The notes under the pieces are model-generated. The model had not been told where the DNA came from, did not search any database, and worked only from the letters and a program-made list of their open reading frames with translations. Source: a virus (taxonomy: Duplodnaviria; Caudoviricetes). From it: a stretch of DNA of 59,609 nucleotides. The position numbers and the translations under genes were made by a program. How positions within the stretch are numbered: position 1 is the stretch's first letter; every line of letters begins with the position of its first letter. The stretch lies in IMG/VR virus record IMGVR_UViG_3300046168_000017, positions 1-59,609 of that record. The stretch is one strand, 5' to 3'. Shown here one piece after another: positions 17,190 through 26,470 of this stretch.

Positions 17190-17406
17190 TATTAGAAAAA
17201 TTAGTATTGGATCTGACTACAAAAATGATGCTATGCATTATTCAGTAGGTCAACAGGTTTATGGTGGTCATGAAATATCTCATATACTTTTTGAAGATTC
17301 AGACAATTCTTATAATATACATATAAAGAAAAGCAACGAAGTATTGCCGTGGAAGAAATTTAACTCTAACATGGCAATATCAGTTGAGTATGATTTAGAG
17401 TATTAA
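17179..17406 (+). CDS. Hypothetical protein
   Basis: 75 aa; IRKISIG.DYK.DAMHY.VGQ; overlaps both neighbours. Confidence 0.75.
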   Translation: MPSNIRKISIGSDYKNDAMHYSVGQQVYGGHEISHILFEDSDNSYNIHIKKSNEVLPWKKFNSNMAISVEYDLEY

Positions 17407-18011
17407 TGAATAGTTTATATGACTTTATTGTAGAACCTGTAGGTGAAAAATACAGCAATACAATAAAAGTGGGTAACAAAGAATTAGTAGTTAACACTAA
17501 AATAGAAAACTGGAAATTCGTAAATAGAATAGCTAAGGTTATTAAGACACCTTTAGCATTTAAAACTTTAATAAAAAAAGGAGACCTAGTAGTTGTTCAT
17601 CAAAATGTTTTCAGAACATTTTATGACATGAAAGGTGTTAAGAAAAAAAGTAGATCTTATTTTAAAGATAATTTATATTTTTGTGCTATAGATCAAGTTT
17701 ATTTATATAAAAATAATAAAGGTTATCACTCGTTTGGTGATAGGTGTTTTATACAACCTATAAAAGATAATCAAGATCTAACACTAGATAAAGAGCGTAG
17801 TCTTATTGGTATACTGAAATATGGCAATAGCTCGTTAAACAAGCTAGAAATAACTCCTGGTGACCTAGTTGGTTATACACCAAATGGTGAATGGGAGTTT
17901 TTAGTTGATAACGAAAGACTTTATTGTATGAAATCAAATGATATTGTAATTAAGTATGAAAACCAAGGAGACGAAGAAAAATATAATCCAAGCTGGGCAA
18001 GTAGCAGTTGA
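17406..18011 (+). CDS. Tandem GroES-like protein
   Basis: Two halves, each with the GroES pattern (D.FIVEP...KKGDLV; GDRCFIQP...GILKYG...ITPGDLV...FLVDNERLYCMKSNDIV). Confidence 0.6.
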   Translation: MNSLYDFIVEPVGEKYSNTIKVGNKELVVNTKIENWKFVNRIAKVIKTPLAFKTLIKKGDLVVVHQNVFRTFYDMKGVKKKSRSYFKDNLYFCAIDQVYLYKNNKGYHSFGDRCFIQPIKDNQDLTLDKERSLIGILKYGNSSLNKLEITPGDLVGYTPNGEWEFLVDNERLYCMKSNDIVIKYENQGDEEKYNPSWASSS

Positions 18012-18231
18012 AGAATTAATAAAGGTAGCTAAAGAACCTATTGTAGATTCAGATGATGATATATCTGCTGATCGTTTAAAAAATGCAGCAGCAACAAAAA
18101 AATTAGCAATATTTGATGCTTTTGAAATATTAAATAGAATACAAGAAGAGCAAGATATGTTAGATGAAAAACCAAAAGAAATAAAACAAAGTAATTTTAA
18201 AGGCTTTGCGGAGGGTAGATCTAAAAAATAA
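17956..18231 (+). CDS. Probable terminase small subunit
   Basis: 91 aa, helical; directly upstream of terL and TAATG-coupled to it. Confidence 0.55.
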   Translation: MKTKETKKNIIQAGQVAVEELIKVAKEPIVDSDDDISADRLKNAAATKKLAIFDAFEILNRIQEEQDMLDEKPKEIKQSNFKGFAEGRSKK

Positions 18232-20453
18232 TGTATCAACAAAGTCTATATAAAGTATTACCCAACCACATAAAACCTAAGATTCTTAAAAAGATGAATA
18301 GGTACAAAAAGTGGGAATACGGTTACAACGAGGATCATGATGTAGTTGTGATAAGTAAAACCGGTAAAATTGGAGAGGTTTATGAAATACAAAACCTAAA
18401 AATAGCTTTGCCTGAAAAAAAAGATATTCATACGTTTGATAATAACAAATGGAACAAAACTGAATATCCTAAGGTTCTAAGCAAGATAAAAACAACGTTT
18501 GACTGGAAGCAATATCCACAAGATTTTAAAGAAAAATGGTATGATTACATTGATAAAGAGTTTACCCGTAGGGAGGAAGGTTTTTGGTTTTATAACAAAA
18601 ACGTTGCTACTTACCTTACTGGTACTCATTACATGTACTTGCAGTGGAGTAAAATTGACGTTGGGGCACCAGACTTTCGGGAATCAAATAGATTATTCTT
18701 CATTTTCTGGGAAGCTTGTAAGGCCGATATACGATCCTACGGACTGTGCTACCTTAAGAATCGTCGATCAGGCTTTTCCTTTATGGCATCAGGAGAGGTG
18801 GTCAACTTGGCTACAATATCCTCCGACTCTAGATATGGAGTATTATCTAAGACTGGACCTGATGCGAAGAAGATGTTTACAGACAAGGTGGTACCGATAT
18901 CCGTTAATTATCCATTCTTTTTCAAGCCGACCCAGGACGGTATGGACAGGCCCAAGACCGAGCTTGCCTATCGTGTCCCAGCCACAAAATACACCCGTCG
19001 TAAGCTTACCTCGTCCACCACGGAAGAAATTGCCCAAGAAGAATTACAAGGCTTGGACACCACAATCGACTGGAAGAATACGGGTGACAACTCCTACGAT
19101 GGTGAGAAACTCAAACTCCTCGTCCACGATGAGAGCGGTAAATGGGAAAGGCCGAACAACATCCTCAACAACTGGCGTGTTACGAAAACAACCTTAAGAC
19201 TAGGTAGTAGAATTATAGGTAAGTGTATGATGGGATCAACATCAAACGCTTTAGATAAAGGTGGTAGAAACTTTAAGAAATTATATGACGACTCTGACGT
19301 TACAAAAAGAAACAGCAATGGACAGACTCGCTCAGGACTCTATTCTTTGTTCATACCTATGGAATGGAACTACGAAGGATACATTGATTCTTATGGCTTA
19401 CCTGTATTCGACACACCAAAAAAACCTATTGAAGGACCACAAGGTGATAAAATAAAAATAGGTGTAATAGAGTATTGGAACAACGAGGTAGAAGGACTTA
19501 AAGACGATCAAGACGGTTTAAATGAATTTTATAGACAGTTTCCACGTACAACTAAGCACGCTTTTAGAGACGAATCAAAAGAGTCTTTATTTAATCTAAC
19601 TAAAATATATCAACAAATAGATTTTAATGAAGATTTAAAAAACTCTATAAATGTAACAAAAGGTAGTTTTCAATGGGAAAACGGAGACAAAGACACTAGA
19701 GTTATATTTGTGCCAAACAAAAACGGTAGATTTTTTATAAGTTGGGTACCTCCTGTTAGTTTACAAAACAAAAGGTTTTTAAAAAATGGAGTTAATTATC
19801 CAGGTAACGAACACTGTGGTGCTTTTGGTTGTGATCCATATGATATATCAGGGACAGTAGATAAAAGAGGTTCTAATGGATCTTTACACGGTTTAACTAA
19901 GTTTAGCATGGAAGAGGTTCCAGCAAATCATTTTTTCTTAGAATACATAGCTAGACCACAAACTGCTGAGATATTTTTTGAAGATGTATTAATGGCTTGC
20001 GTGTTTTACGGCATGCCAATATTAGCTGAAAACAATAAGCCAAGATTACTTTATTATTTTAAACGTAGAGGTTATAGAGGTTTTGCTATGAATAGACCAG
20101 ATAAAAAAAGAAACAAACTATCTGTAACAGAAAGAGAAATAGGTGGTATACCTAACTCAAGCGAAGATATTAAACAAGCACACGCTTCTGCTATAGAAAC
20201 TTACATAGAGCATTTTGTTGGATTAAAAGAAACTGGATATGGTGATATGTATTTTCAACGAACCTTAGAAGATTGGTCTAAATTTAATATAAACAACAGA
20301 ACGTCTCATGATGCTTCTATTAGTTCTGGCTTAGCTTTAATGGCTTGTAACAAACATAGGTATTCACCGACAAATAGAAAAGAATTAAAACCAGTTGATT
20401 TAGGTATTAAAAAATACGACAACAAAGGAGCTATATCAAAAATTTTAAATTAA
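18231..20453 (+). CDS. terL: Terminase large subunit
   Basis: Walker A LKNRRSGFS, Walker B LLVHDESGK, coupling motif MMGST, nuclease GCDPYD; precedes the portal. Confidence 0.93.
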   Translation: MYQQSLYKVLPNHIKPKILKKMNRYKKWEYGYNEDHDVVVISKTGKIGEVYEIQNLKIALPEKKDIHTFDNNKWNKTEYPKVLSKIKTTFDWKQYPQDFKEKWYDYIDKEFTRREEGFWFYNKNVATYLTGTHYMYLQWSKIDVGAPDFRESNRLFFIFWEACKADIRSYGLCYLKNRRSGFSFMASGEVVNLATISSDSRYGVLSKTGPDAKKMFTDKVVPISVNYPFFFKPTQDGMDRPKTELAYRVPATKYTRRKLTSSTTEEIAQEELQGLDTTIDWKNTGDNSYDGEKLKLLVHDESGKWERPNNILNNWRVTKTTLRLGSRIIGKCMMGSTSNALDKGGRNFKKLYDDSDVTKRNSNGQTRSGLYSLFIPMEWNYEGYIDSYGLPVFDTPKKPIEGPQGDKIKIGVIEYWNNEVEGLKDDQDGLNEFYRQFPRTTKHAFRDESKESLFNLTKIYQQIDFNEDLKNSINVTKGSFQWENGDKDTRVIFVPNKNGRFFISWVPPVSLQNKRFLKNGVNYPGNEHCGAFGCDPYDISGTVDKRGSNGSLHGLTKFSMEEVPANHFFLEYIARPQTAEIFFEDVLMACVFYGMPILAENNKPRLLYYFKRRGYRGFAMNRPDKKRNKLSVTEREIGGIPNSSEDIKQAHASAIETYIEHFVGLKETGYGDMYFQRTLEDWSKFNINNRTSHDASISSGLALMACNKHRYSPTNRKELKPVDLGIKKYDNKGAISKILN
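18541..19197 (+). CDS. Candidate overprinted gene in the +1 frame of terL; lipoprotein-like signal and Pro/Arg-rich tail
   Basis: Open from 18499 (232 codons; ATG at 18541); KTLLLTLLVLITCTC; coincides with a local GC rise. Confidence 0.45.
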   Translation: MITLIKSLPVGRKVFGFITKTLLLTLLVLITCTCSGVKLTLGHQTFGNQIDYSSFSGKLVRPIYDPTDCATLRIVDQAFPLWHQERWSTWLQYPPTLDMEYYLRLDLMRRRCLQTRWYRYPLIIHSFSSRPRTVWTGPRPSLPIVSQPQNTPVVSLPRPPRKKLPKKNYKAWTPQSTGRIRVTTPTMVRNSNSSSTMRAVNGKGRTTSSTTGVLRKQP

Positions 20454-22858
20454 TGAATATATATACTAACACGAGAACTTCATTTCCTAGCCAAGTGGTT
20501 AGCGACGCAGAAAAAGCCAGTATTGAGTATGGTAAACAAGTCGCACAAGCAATAGAAGGCGAATGGTTTTCTCAAGGTAGAACAACTGGAAATAGATATT
20601 TAACAGCTTGGAATAATTTTCATAATCTAAGATTATACGCTAGAGGAGAGCAGTCTATACAAAAATATAAAGATGAATTGTCTATTAATGGTGATTTGTC
20701 TTATCTTAATTTAGACTGGCAACCAGTACCTATATTATCAAAATTTGTTGATATAGTTGTAAATGGAATATCTGCTAGAACATACGATATAAAAGCTTAC
20801 GCTCAAGATCCTGACTCTATAAAGAAAAGAACAGCTTATGCTTCTAAGATATATGAAGACATGCTGGCTAAAGATTATCTAGATGGATTAAAAGAAACAT
20901 TAGGTATAGATTTGTATCAAGTTCCTAATCCAGATCAACTACCAGAAAGTGAAGAAGAGTTAGAATTACATATGCAGCTTAGTTATAAGCAGTCTATAGA
21001 AATAGCAGAAGAAGAAGCTATATCTTCTGTAATGGCTCAAAATAAATATGATTTAATAAAACGTAGATTAAACATGGACTTAACAGTTTGTGGTATTTCT
21101 GCAGCTAAAACAAATTTTAACTTAGCTAATGGAATAACTATAGACTATGTTGATCCTGCTTACATGGTTTATTCATATACTGAAGATCCTAATTTTGAAG
21201 ACATATACTACGTTGGCGAAATAAAAGCTATAACAATACCGGAACTTAAAAAAGAGTTTCCAGACTTATCTAATAAAGAGTTAGAACGTATACAAAATAT
21301 GCCAGGTAATAGATCTTATATAACCGGATGGGGAGATTATGATGATAATACGGTTCAAGTTCTTTATTTTGATTATAAGACTTACCATAATCAAGTTTTT
21401 AAAATTAAACAAACAGATCAAGGCTTAATAAAAGCTATTGAAAAAGATGATAGTTTTAATCCACCTGAAAACGAAAGCTTTGAAAGAGTATCAAGATCAA
21501 TCGAAGTTTTATACAGCGGAGCTAAAGTGCTAGGTACTGATACTATGTTAAAGTGGGAATTAGCTGAGAACATGTCAAGACCTTATGCTGATACTACTAA
21601 AGTAAAAATGAACTACTCTATATGTGCGCCTAGAATATACAAAGGTAGAATAGAATCACTAGTTAGCAAGTGTATAGGTTTTGCAGATATGATTCAATTA
21701 ACTCATTTAAAGTTACAGCAGGTTATGTCTAGAATAGTGCCTGATGGTGTTTACTTAGATATGGATGGTTTAGCTGAAGTTGATTTAGGTAACGGTACAA
21801 ACTATAATCCAGCAGAAGCATTAAATATGTATTTCCAAACTGGTAGTATTGTTGGTAGATCACTCACGCAAGACGGTGATATGAATCCTGGAAAAGTACC
21901 AATTCAAGAACTAAACTCTAGTTCTGGTCAAGGCAAAATACAAAGCTTAATACAGACGTATCAATATTATTTACAGATGATACGCGACGTAACCGGACTT
22001 AATGAAGCTAGAGATGGTAGTACTCCAGACAAAAGCACTTTAGTAGGATTACAAAAAATGGCCGCTAACGCGTCCAATGTAGCTACTAGACATATAAAGC
22101 AAGCTGGTTCTTATTTAACGCTTAGAATTGCAGAGAACATAGCGCTGAAAGTGGCAGATGCTTTAGAGTTTCCACTAACAGCTGAATCACTAGTTAATTC
22201 TATAAGTGACTATAATGTAAACACTCTAAAAGAAGTTGTTAATTTAAATCTTCATGATTTTGGAATATTCTTAGAGTTAGAACCAGACGAAGAAGAAAAA
22301 CAACAGTTAGAACAAAACATACAAGTTGCTTTACAACAAGGTGGTATTGACTTAGAAGACGCTATTGATTTAAGGCAAATAAAAAATCTTAAATTAGCTA
22401 ACCAGCTTCTAAAAGTAAAACGTAAACAAAAAGCTGTTAAAGAACAAGAGAACGCTCAAGCTAATATAGTAGCTCAAAGTGAAGCTCAAGCTGCTGCTAA
22501 TGAAAAAATAGCAATGAACGAGGTTCAAAAGCAAGAAGCTATTAGTGGTTCTAAGGTTCAATACGAGCAGTCAAGAACTCAAATGGAAATTCAAAAAATG
22601 CAAACTCAAGCTCAGCTTGATATGCAGAAGATGCAAATGCAGCATCAATTTGACGTTGAATTAGCTAAGATGCAACTTCAACAACAACAAGAAAAACAAA
22701 AACAGCAAGAAGAAGCTAAAGACAAGCGTATACAAATGGAAGGTACGCAACAAAGTAAAATGATAGAACAAAGAAAAAACAATGGACTACCTATAGACTT
22801 TGAAAGCCAAGGTGCATCAAGTGAGCCATCTGTGGCGCAGAGTGAGCAACAAGCTTAA
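20453..22858 (+). CDS. Portal protein
   Basis: 801 aa between terL and scaffold/MCP; PILSKFVDIVVNG and TGLNEARDG; long Q-rich C-terminal coiled coil like a P22-type barrel. Confidence 0.85.
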   Translation: MNIYTNTRTSFPSQVVSDAEKASIEYGKQVAQAIEGEWFSQGRTTGNRYLTAWNNFHNLRLYARGEQSIQKYKDELSINGDLSYLNLDWQPVPILSKFVDIVVNGISARTYDIKAYAQDPDSIKKRTAYASKIYEDMLAKDYLDGLKETLGIDLYQVPNPDQLPESEEELELHMQLSYKQSIEIAEEEAISSVMAQNKYDLIKRRLNMDLTVCGISAAKTNFNLANGITIDYVDPAYMVYSYTEDPNFEDIYYVGEIKAITIPELKKEFPDLSNKELERIQNMPGNRSYITGWGDYDDNTVQVLYFDYKTYHNQVFKIKQTDQGLIKAIEKDDSFNPPENESFERVSRSIEVLYSGAKVLGTDTMLKWELAENMSRPYADTTKVKMNYSICAPRIYKGRIESLVSKCIGFADMIQLTHLKLQQVMSRIVPDGVYLDMDGLAEVDLGNGTNYNPAEALNMYFQTGSIVGRSLTQDGDMNPGKVPIQELNSSSGQGKIQSLIQTYQYYLQMIRDVTGLNEARDGSTPDKSTLVGLQKMAANASNVATRHIKQAGSYLTLRIAENIALKVADALEFPLTAESLVNSISDYNVNTLKEVVNLNLHDFGIFLELEPDEEEKQQLEQNIQVALQQGGIDLEDAIDLRQIKNLKLANQLLKVKRKQKAVKEQENAQANIVAQSEAQAAANEKIAMNEVQKQEAISGSKVQYEQSRTQMEIQKMQTQAQLDMQKMQMQHQFDVELAKMQLQQQQEKQKQQEEAKDKRIQMEGTQQSKMIEQRKNNGLPIDFESQGASSEPSVAQSEQQA

Positions 22859-22887
22859 ATTTATTAATTATTTAATTATATTATATT

Positions 22888-24084
22888 ATGTCAGAAATCA
22901 AAACAAATGAACCTGTTAAGCAGGAAGGTGAATTCAAAATAAAAAAGAAAACGCCTAAAAACCTAGTAGAAAAAGATCAAATTAAACCTATAAAAGTAGA
23001 TCTAAATAAAGATCCAAACGTTAATATAGAAAAGCCAATAAAGGTAGAAATAAAAAAAGAAGACGATGCCATTCAAATCGGAGAAACAAAGAAGGTATCT
23101 GTGGAAGAACCATCCGGAGATAGCGCAAAGGTGGGAGAACCTGTACAAGAGTCCGACGAGACTACTGAAGGGTTTTCTCCGATCAAAGAAGTAACTGATG
23201 AAGTTAAAGAAATTGAACAAGAAGTAAAAGAAGCTGTAAGAGATGAAAAGGTAATAGGTAAACCTTTACCAGAAAACATTGAAAAGCTAGTTTCTTTTAT
23301 GGAAGACACTGGTGGAACTATAGAAGATTACACTAGATTAAACGCTGATTACACAAGCGTAGATGACAATACTTTATTAAAAGAGTATTATAAAAAATCT
23401 AAACCACATTTAGATTTAGAAGAAATTAATTTCATAATGGAAGAAAACTTTGATTATGATATAGATATTGACGAAGAGCGAGAAGTCAAAAAAAAGAAAC
23501 TCGCTAAAAAAGAAGAGGTTGCAAAAGCTAAAAACTTTTTAGAGGAAACGAAAAAGAAATATTACGACGAAATCAAGTTGAGACCCGGCGTAACTCAGGA
23601 CCAACAAAAAGCTATGGATTTTTTCAACCGATATAATAAGGAGCAAGAAATAGCTACACAACAACACGATTTATTTAAACAAAAAACTAAAAATTTATTT
23701 AATGACGATTTCGAAGGTTTCGATATTAAAGTTGGAGATAAAAGATATAAGTATAATGTCGTTAATCGTGATAAAGTAGCCGAAAGCCAATCTAACATAA
23801 CAAACCTTGTCGGGAAGTTCCTAGACAGCGAAGGTAATGTGGAAGATGCTAAAGGTTATCATAAAGCTATTTATGCTGCTGAAAACGTAGATAAGATTGC
23901 CGCTCATTTTTATGAGCAAGGAAAAGCAGATGCTGTAAAGGAAGTTGTAAACAAATCAAAAAATCTAAGTGATACTGAAGGTAGAAAATCACAAGGAGAT
24001 GTATTTGTTGGCGGAATGAAAGTAAAAGCTATTTCTGGTGCAGACTCTACAAAACTTAAAATTAAAACAAAAAGGTTTAACTAA
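22888..24084 (+). CDS. Capsid scaffolding protein (putative)
   Basis: Acidic, disordered N-terminal half and helical C-terminal half; lies between portal and MCP. Confidence 0.65.
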   Translation: MSEIKTNEPVKQEGEFKIKKKTPKNLVEKDQIKPIKVDLNKDPNVNIEKPIKVEIKKEDDAIQIGETKKVSVEEPSGDSAKVGEPVQESDETTEGFSPIKEVTDEVKEIEQEVKEAVRDEKVIGKPLPENIEKLVSFMEDTGGTIEDYTRLNADYTSVDDNTLLKEYYKKSKPHLDLEEINFIMEENFDYDIDIDEEREVKKKKLAKKEEVAKAKNFLEETKKKYYDEIKLRPGVTQDQQKAMDFFNRYNKEQEIATQQHDLFKQKTKNLFNDDFEGFDIKVGDKRYKYNVVNRDKVAESQSNITNLVGKFLDSEGNVEDAKGYHKAIYAAENVDKIAAHFYEQGKADAVKEVVNKSKNLSDTEGRKSQGDVFVGGMKVKAISGADSTKLKIKTKRFN

Positions 24085-24100
24085 TTAAAATTAACAAATT

Positions 24101-25564
24101 ATGAGTTTATCTCCACAATTTGGTAGTATTGTACCTTCGCAAATCCAACAAACTTTAGCTAACAATTATTTAGCTTTTGATGGTGGTGCTAATGATTTTG
24201 CGCAACAATATTTACCAGAAATTTACGAACAAGAAGTAGAGCGTTATGGAAACAGAACGTTATCTGGCTTCTTAAGAATGGTTGGCGCTGAAATGCCAAT
24301 GACATCTGATCAAATAATTTGGTCTGAACAAAATAGATTACATGTATCATACGACGGATGTGCGCAAGCAAACGTTGGTGGTTTAAACAACGGTAGTAAA
24401 ATAACAATCGGCGGTGGCGCTACAGCGTTTAACGTTATGAGTGTAAATGACACAATTGTAGTTCTTGATCCAGCTACTGGATTAGAAGCAAAGTGTATTG
24501 TTATGGTTAGTACTGCTGGTGCTGGTGGTGCTGGAAACGTAGATGTACAATGTTTAAATCCTGCTACTAGTTTAACCACTCAAGGTTTCTCTGCAACTGG
24601 ATTAAAGATATTTGTATACGGTTCTGCTTATACTAAAGGAACAAGCTTAGGTGCTGGAGCTGCTGGAACTAATTCAGCTGCAAGAACTTCTATTACTCCT
24701 TCTTTCACACAATTTTCTAACTCACCTCTTATTTTGAGAGATCAATTCCAAATAAATGGATCTGATATGGCTCAAATTGGATGGGTTGAAGTTGCAACTG
24801 AAGATGGTGCTTCTGGTTTTTTATGGTACTTAAAAGCTGAGTCTGAAACAAGACTACGTTTTGAAGATTACCTAGAAATGGCTATGGTAGAAAGTGAGTT
24901 AAATGCTCATGCTGCAGGAAATGTTGCATATCAAGCTGGACGTTTACCAGGATCTGAAGGTTTATTTGCTGCTATCAGAAACAGAGGAAATGTAGAAGTA
25001 GGATTTACTGCTGCTGCTGGATTAGATGAATTTGATGCAATTCTTAAAAACTTAGATACTCAAGGTGCTATTGAAGAAAACATGCTTTTCTTACAGAGAC
25101 AAACTGCTCTTGATTTTGATGATATGCTAGCAAGCATTTCTGGCGGATTCGCTGGAGGAACTGCTTTTGGTTTATTTGAAAACTCAGAAGAAATGGCTCT
25201 TAACCTTGGATTCTCAGGATTTAGAAGAGGTTCTTATGACTTTTACAAAACTGATTGGAAATACTTAAATGACGCTTCTACTCGTGGAGGTATTGTTGGT
25301 GTTAATTCAATTGAAGGTGTATTAGTACCTGCTGGAACTTCTACTGTTTATGATCAAGTACTTGGTACAAACATCAGACGACCATTTTTACACGTGCGTT
25401 ATAGAGCTTCACAAGCTGATGACAGACGTATGAAATCTTGGTTAACTGGTTCTGCTGGTGGTGCTTTCACTTCAGATTTAGATGCGATGCAAATCAACTT
25501 CTTATCTGAAAGATGTTTAGTAACTCAAGCTGCTAATAACTTTGTATTATTCCAAGGATTGTAA
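24101..25564 (+). CDS. Major capsid protein
   Basis: 487 aa; position after scaffold, highly biased codons, followed by a terminator; QQYLPE.YE.EVERYGNR motif. Confidence 0.88.
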   Translation: MSLSPQFGSIVPSQIQQTLANNYLAFDGGANDFAQQYLPEIYEQEVERYGNRTLSGFLRMVGAEMPMTSDQIIWSEQNRLHVSYDGCAQANVGGLNNGSKITIGGGATAFNVMSVNDTIVVLDPATGLEAKCIVMVSTAGAGGAGNVDVQCLNPATSLTTQGFSATGLKIFVYGSAYTKGTSLGAGAAGTNSAARTSITPSFTQFSNSPLILRDQFQINGSDMAQIGWVEVATEDGASGFLWYLKAESETRLRFEDYLEMAMVESELNAHAAGNVAYQAGRLPGSEGLFAAIRNRGNVEVGFTAAAGLDEFDAILKNLDTQGAIEENMLFLQRQTALDFDDMLASISGGFAGGTAFGLFENSEEMALNLGFSGFRRGSYDFYKTDWKYLNDASTRGGIVGVNSIEGVLVPAGTSTVYDQVLGTNIRRPFLHVRYRASQADDRRMKSWLTGSAGGAFTSDLDAMQINFLSERCLVTQAANNFVLFQGL

Positions 25565-25575
25565 AATCCATTAAT

Positions 25576-25620
25576 GTAATTCTTACCCTCGTTAAATTAA
25601 CGGGGGTAATTATTACTTTT
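25576..25620 (+). terminator. Intrinsic terminator after the MCP gene
   Basis: TTACCCTCGTTA/TAACGGGGGTAA stem with an outer GTAAT/ATTAC pair, then TTTT. Confidence 0.8.
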
Positions 25621-25644
25621 ATAACTATTTAATTATATTATATT

Positions 25645-26412
25645 ATGTCAAAAATAAAAGAAAACCCAGTTAAAGAAACCTGGGAAATCAAAGATAGAGT
25701 TTACTATCTAAAACAAAATAAAAGTCCATTAACATTAACAATACCAGGAAAGCATACAAGAAAACATGCTTTATTGTATTTTGATGAAACAACTGGACAA
25801 CAAAGAGAATTAAGATACGCTACAAATCAAGGATCTCCTTTTGTAGACGAACAAAAAGGTGAAGCTACAATGGGTCACATAATGTTTAGAGATGGCACGT
25901 TAACTGTTAATAAAAACGATGTTGCATTGCAAAAGTTACTTTCTTTATATCACCCTTTAAGGAATAAATTATATGAAGAGTTTAGCGCTGTCACTGAAGC
26001 TGAAGATGATTTAGATGTTATAAATTTAGAAATAGATGCTATGACGGCTGCTAGATCTATAGACATTGATCAAGCAGAGGCAATATTAAGAGTTGAAAAA
26101 GGATCAGTTGTAAACACGATGAGCTCTAAAGAATTAAAAAGAGACTTATTATTATTTGCTAAAAACAATCCTAAAATGTTTATATCGTTAGCTAAAGATG
26201 ATAATGTTCAACTTAGAAACTTTGCAATAAAAGCTCAAGAAGCTGGAATTATAAAACTATCTCAAGATCAAAGAACATTTACATGGGGATCAAATGATAG
26301 AAAATTAATGAACGTACCTTTTGATGAAAATCCATATTCAGCATTTGCTGCTTTCTTAAAAACAGATGAAGGTGTTGAAATCTATAAATCTATAGATAAA
26401 AAACTAAAATAA
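25645..26412 (+). CDS. Conserved head-module hypothetical protein
   Basis: 255 aa after MCP; leader and N-terminus resemble those of the scaffold gene. Confidence 0.75.
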   Translation: MSKIKENPVKETWEIKDRVYYLKQNKSPLTLTIPGKHTRKHALLYFDETTGQQRELRYATNQGSPFVDEQKGEATMGHIMFRDGTLTVNKNDVALQKLLSLYHPLRNKLYEEFSAVTEAEDDLDVINLEIDAMTAARSIDIDQAEAILRVEKGSVVNTMSSKELKRDLLLFAKNNPKMFISLAKDDNVQLRNFAIKAQEAGIIKLSQDQRTFTWGSNDRKLMNVPFDENPYSAFAAFLKTDEGVEIYKSIDKKLK

Positions 26413-26429
26413 CAAGTGATACTATATAT

Positions 26430-26451
26430 AGGCGGATTCGTCCGCCTTTTT
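26430..26451 (+). terminator. Intrinsic terminator
   Basis: AGGCGGA-TTCG-TCCGCCT-TTTT. Confidence 0.85.
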
Positions 26452-26470
26452 AGTATATAAAAAATTAATA

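Noticed and set aside
18231-20453. Intron or intein explaining the GC-rich block in terL (also considered for nrdA/nrdB)
   Set aside because: The block encodes the Walker A/B core in frame, with no intein termini or homing-endonuclease motifs.
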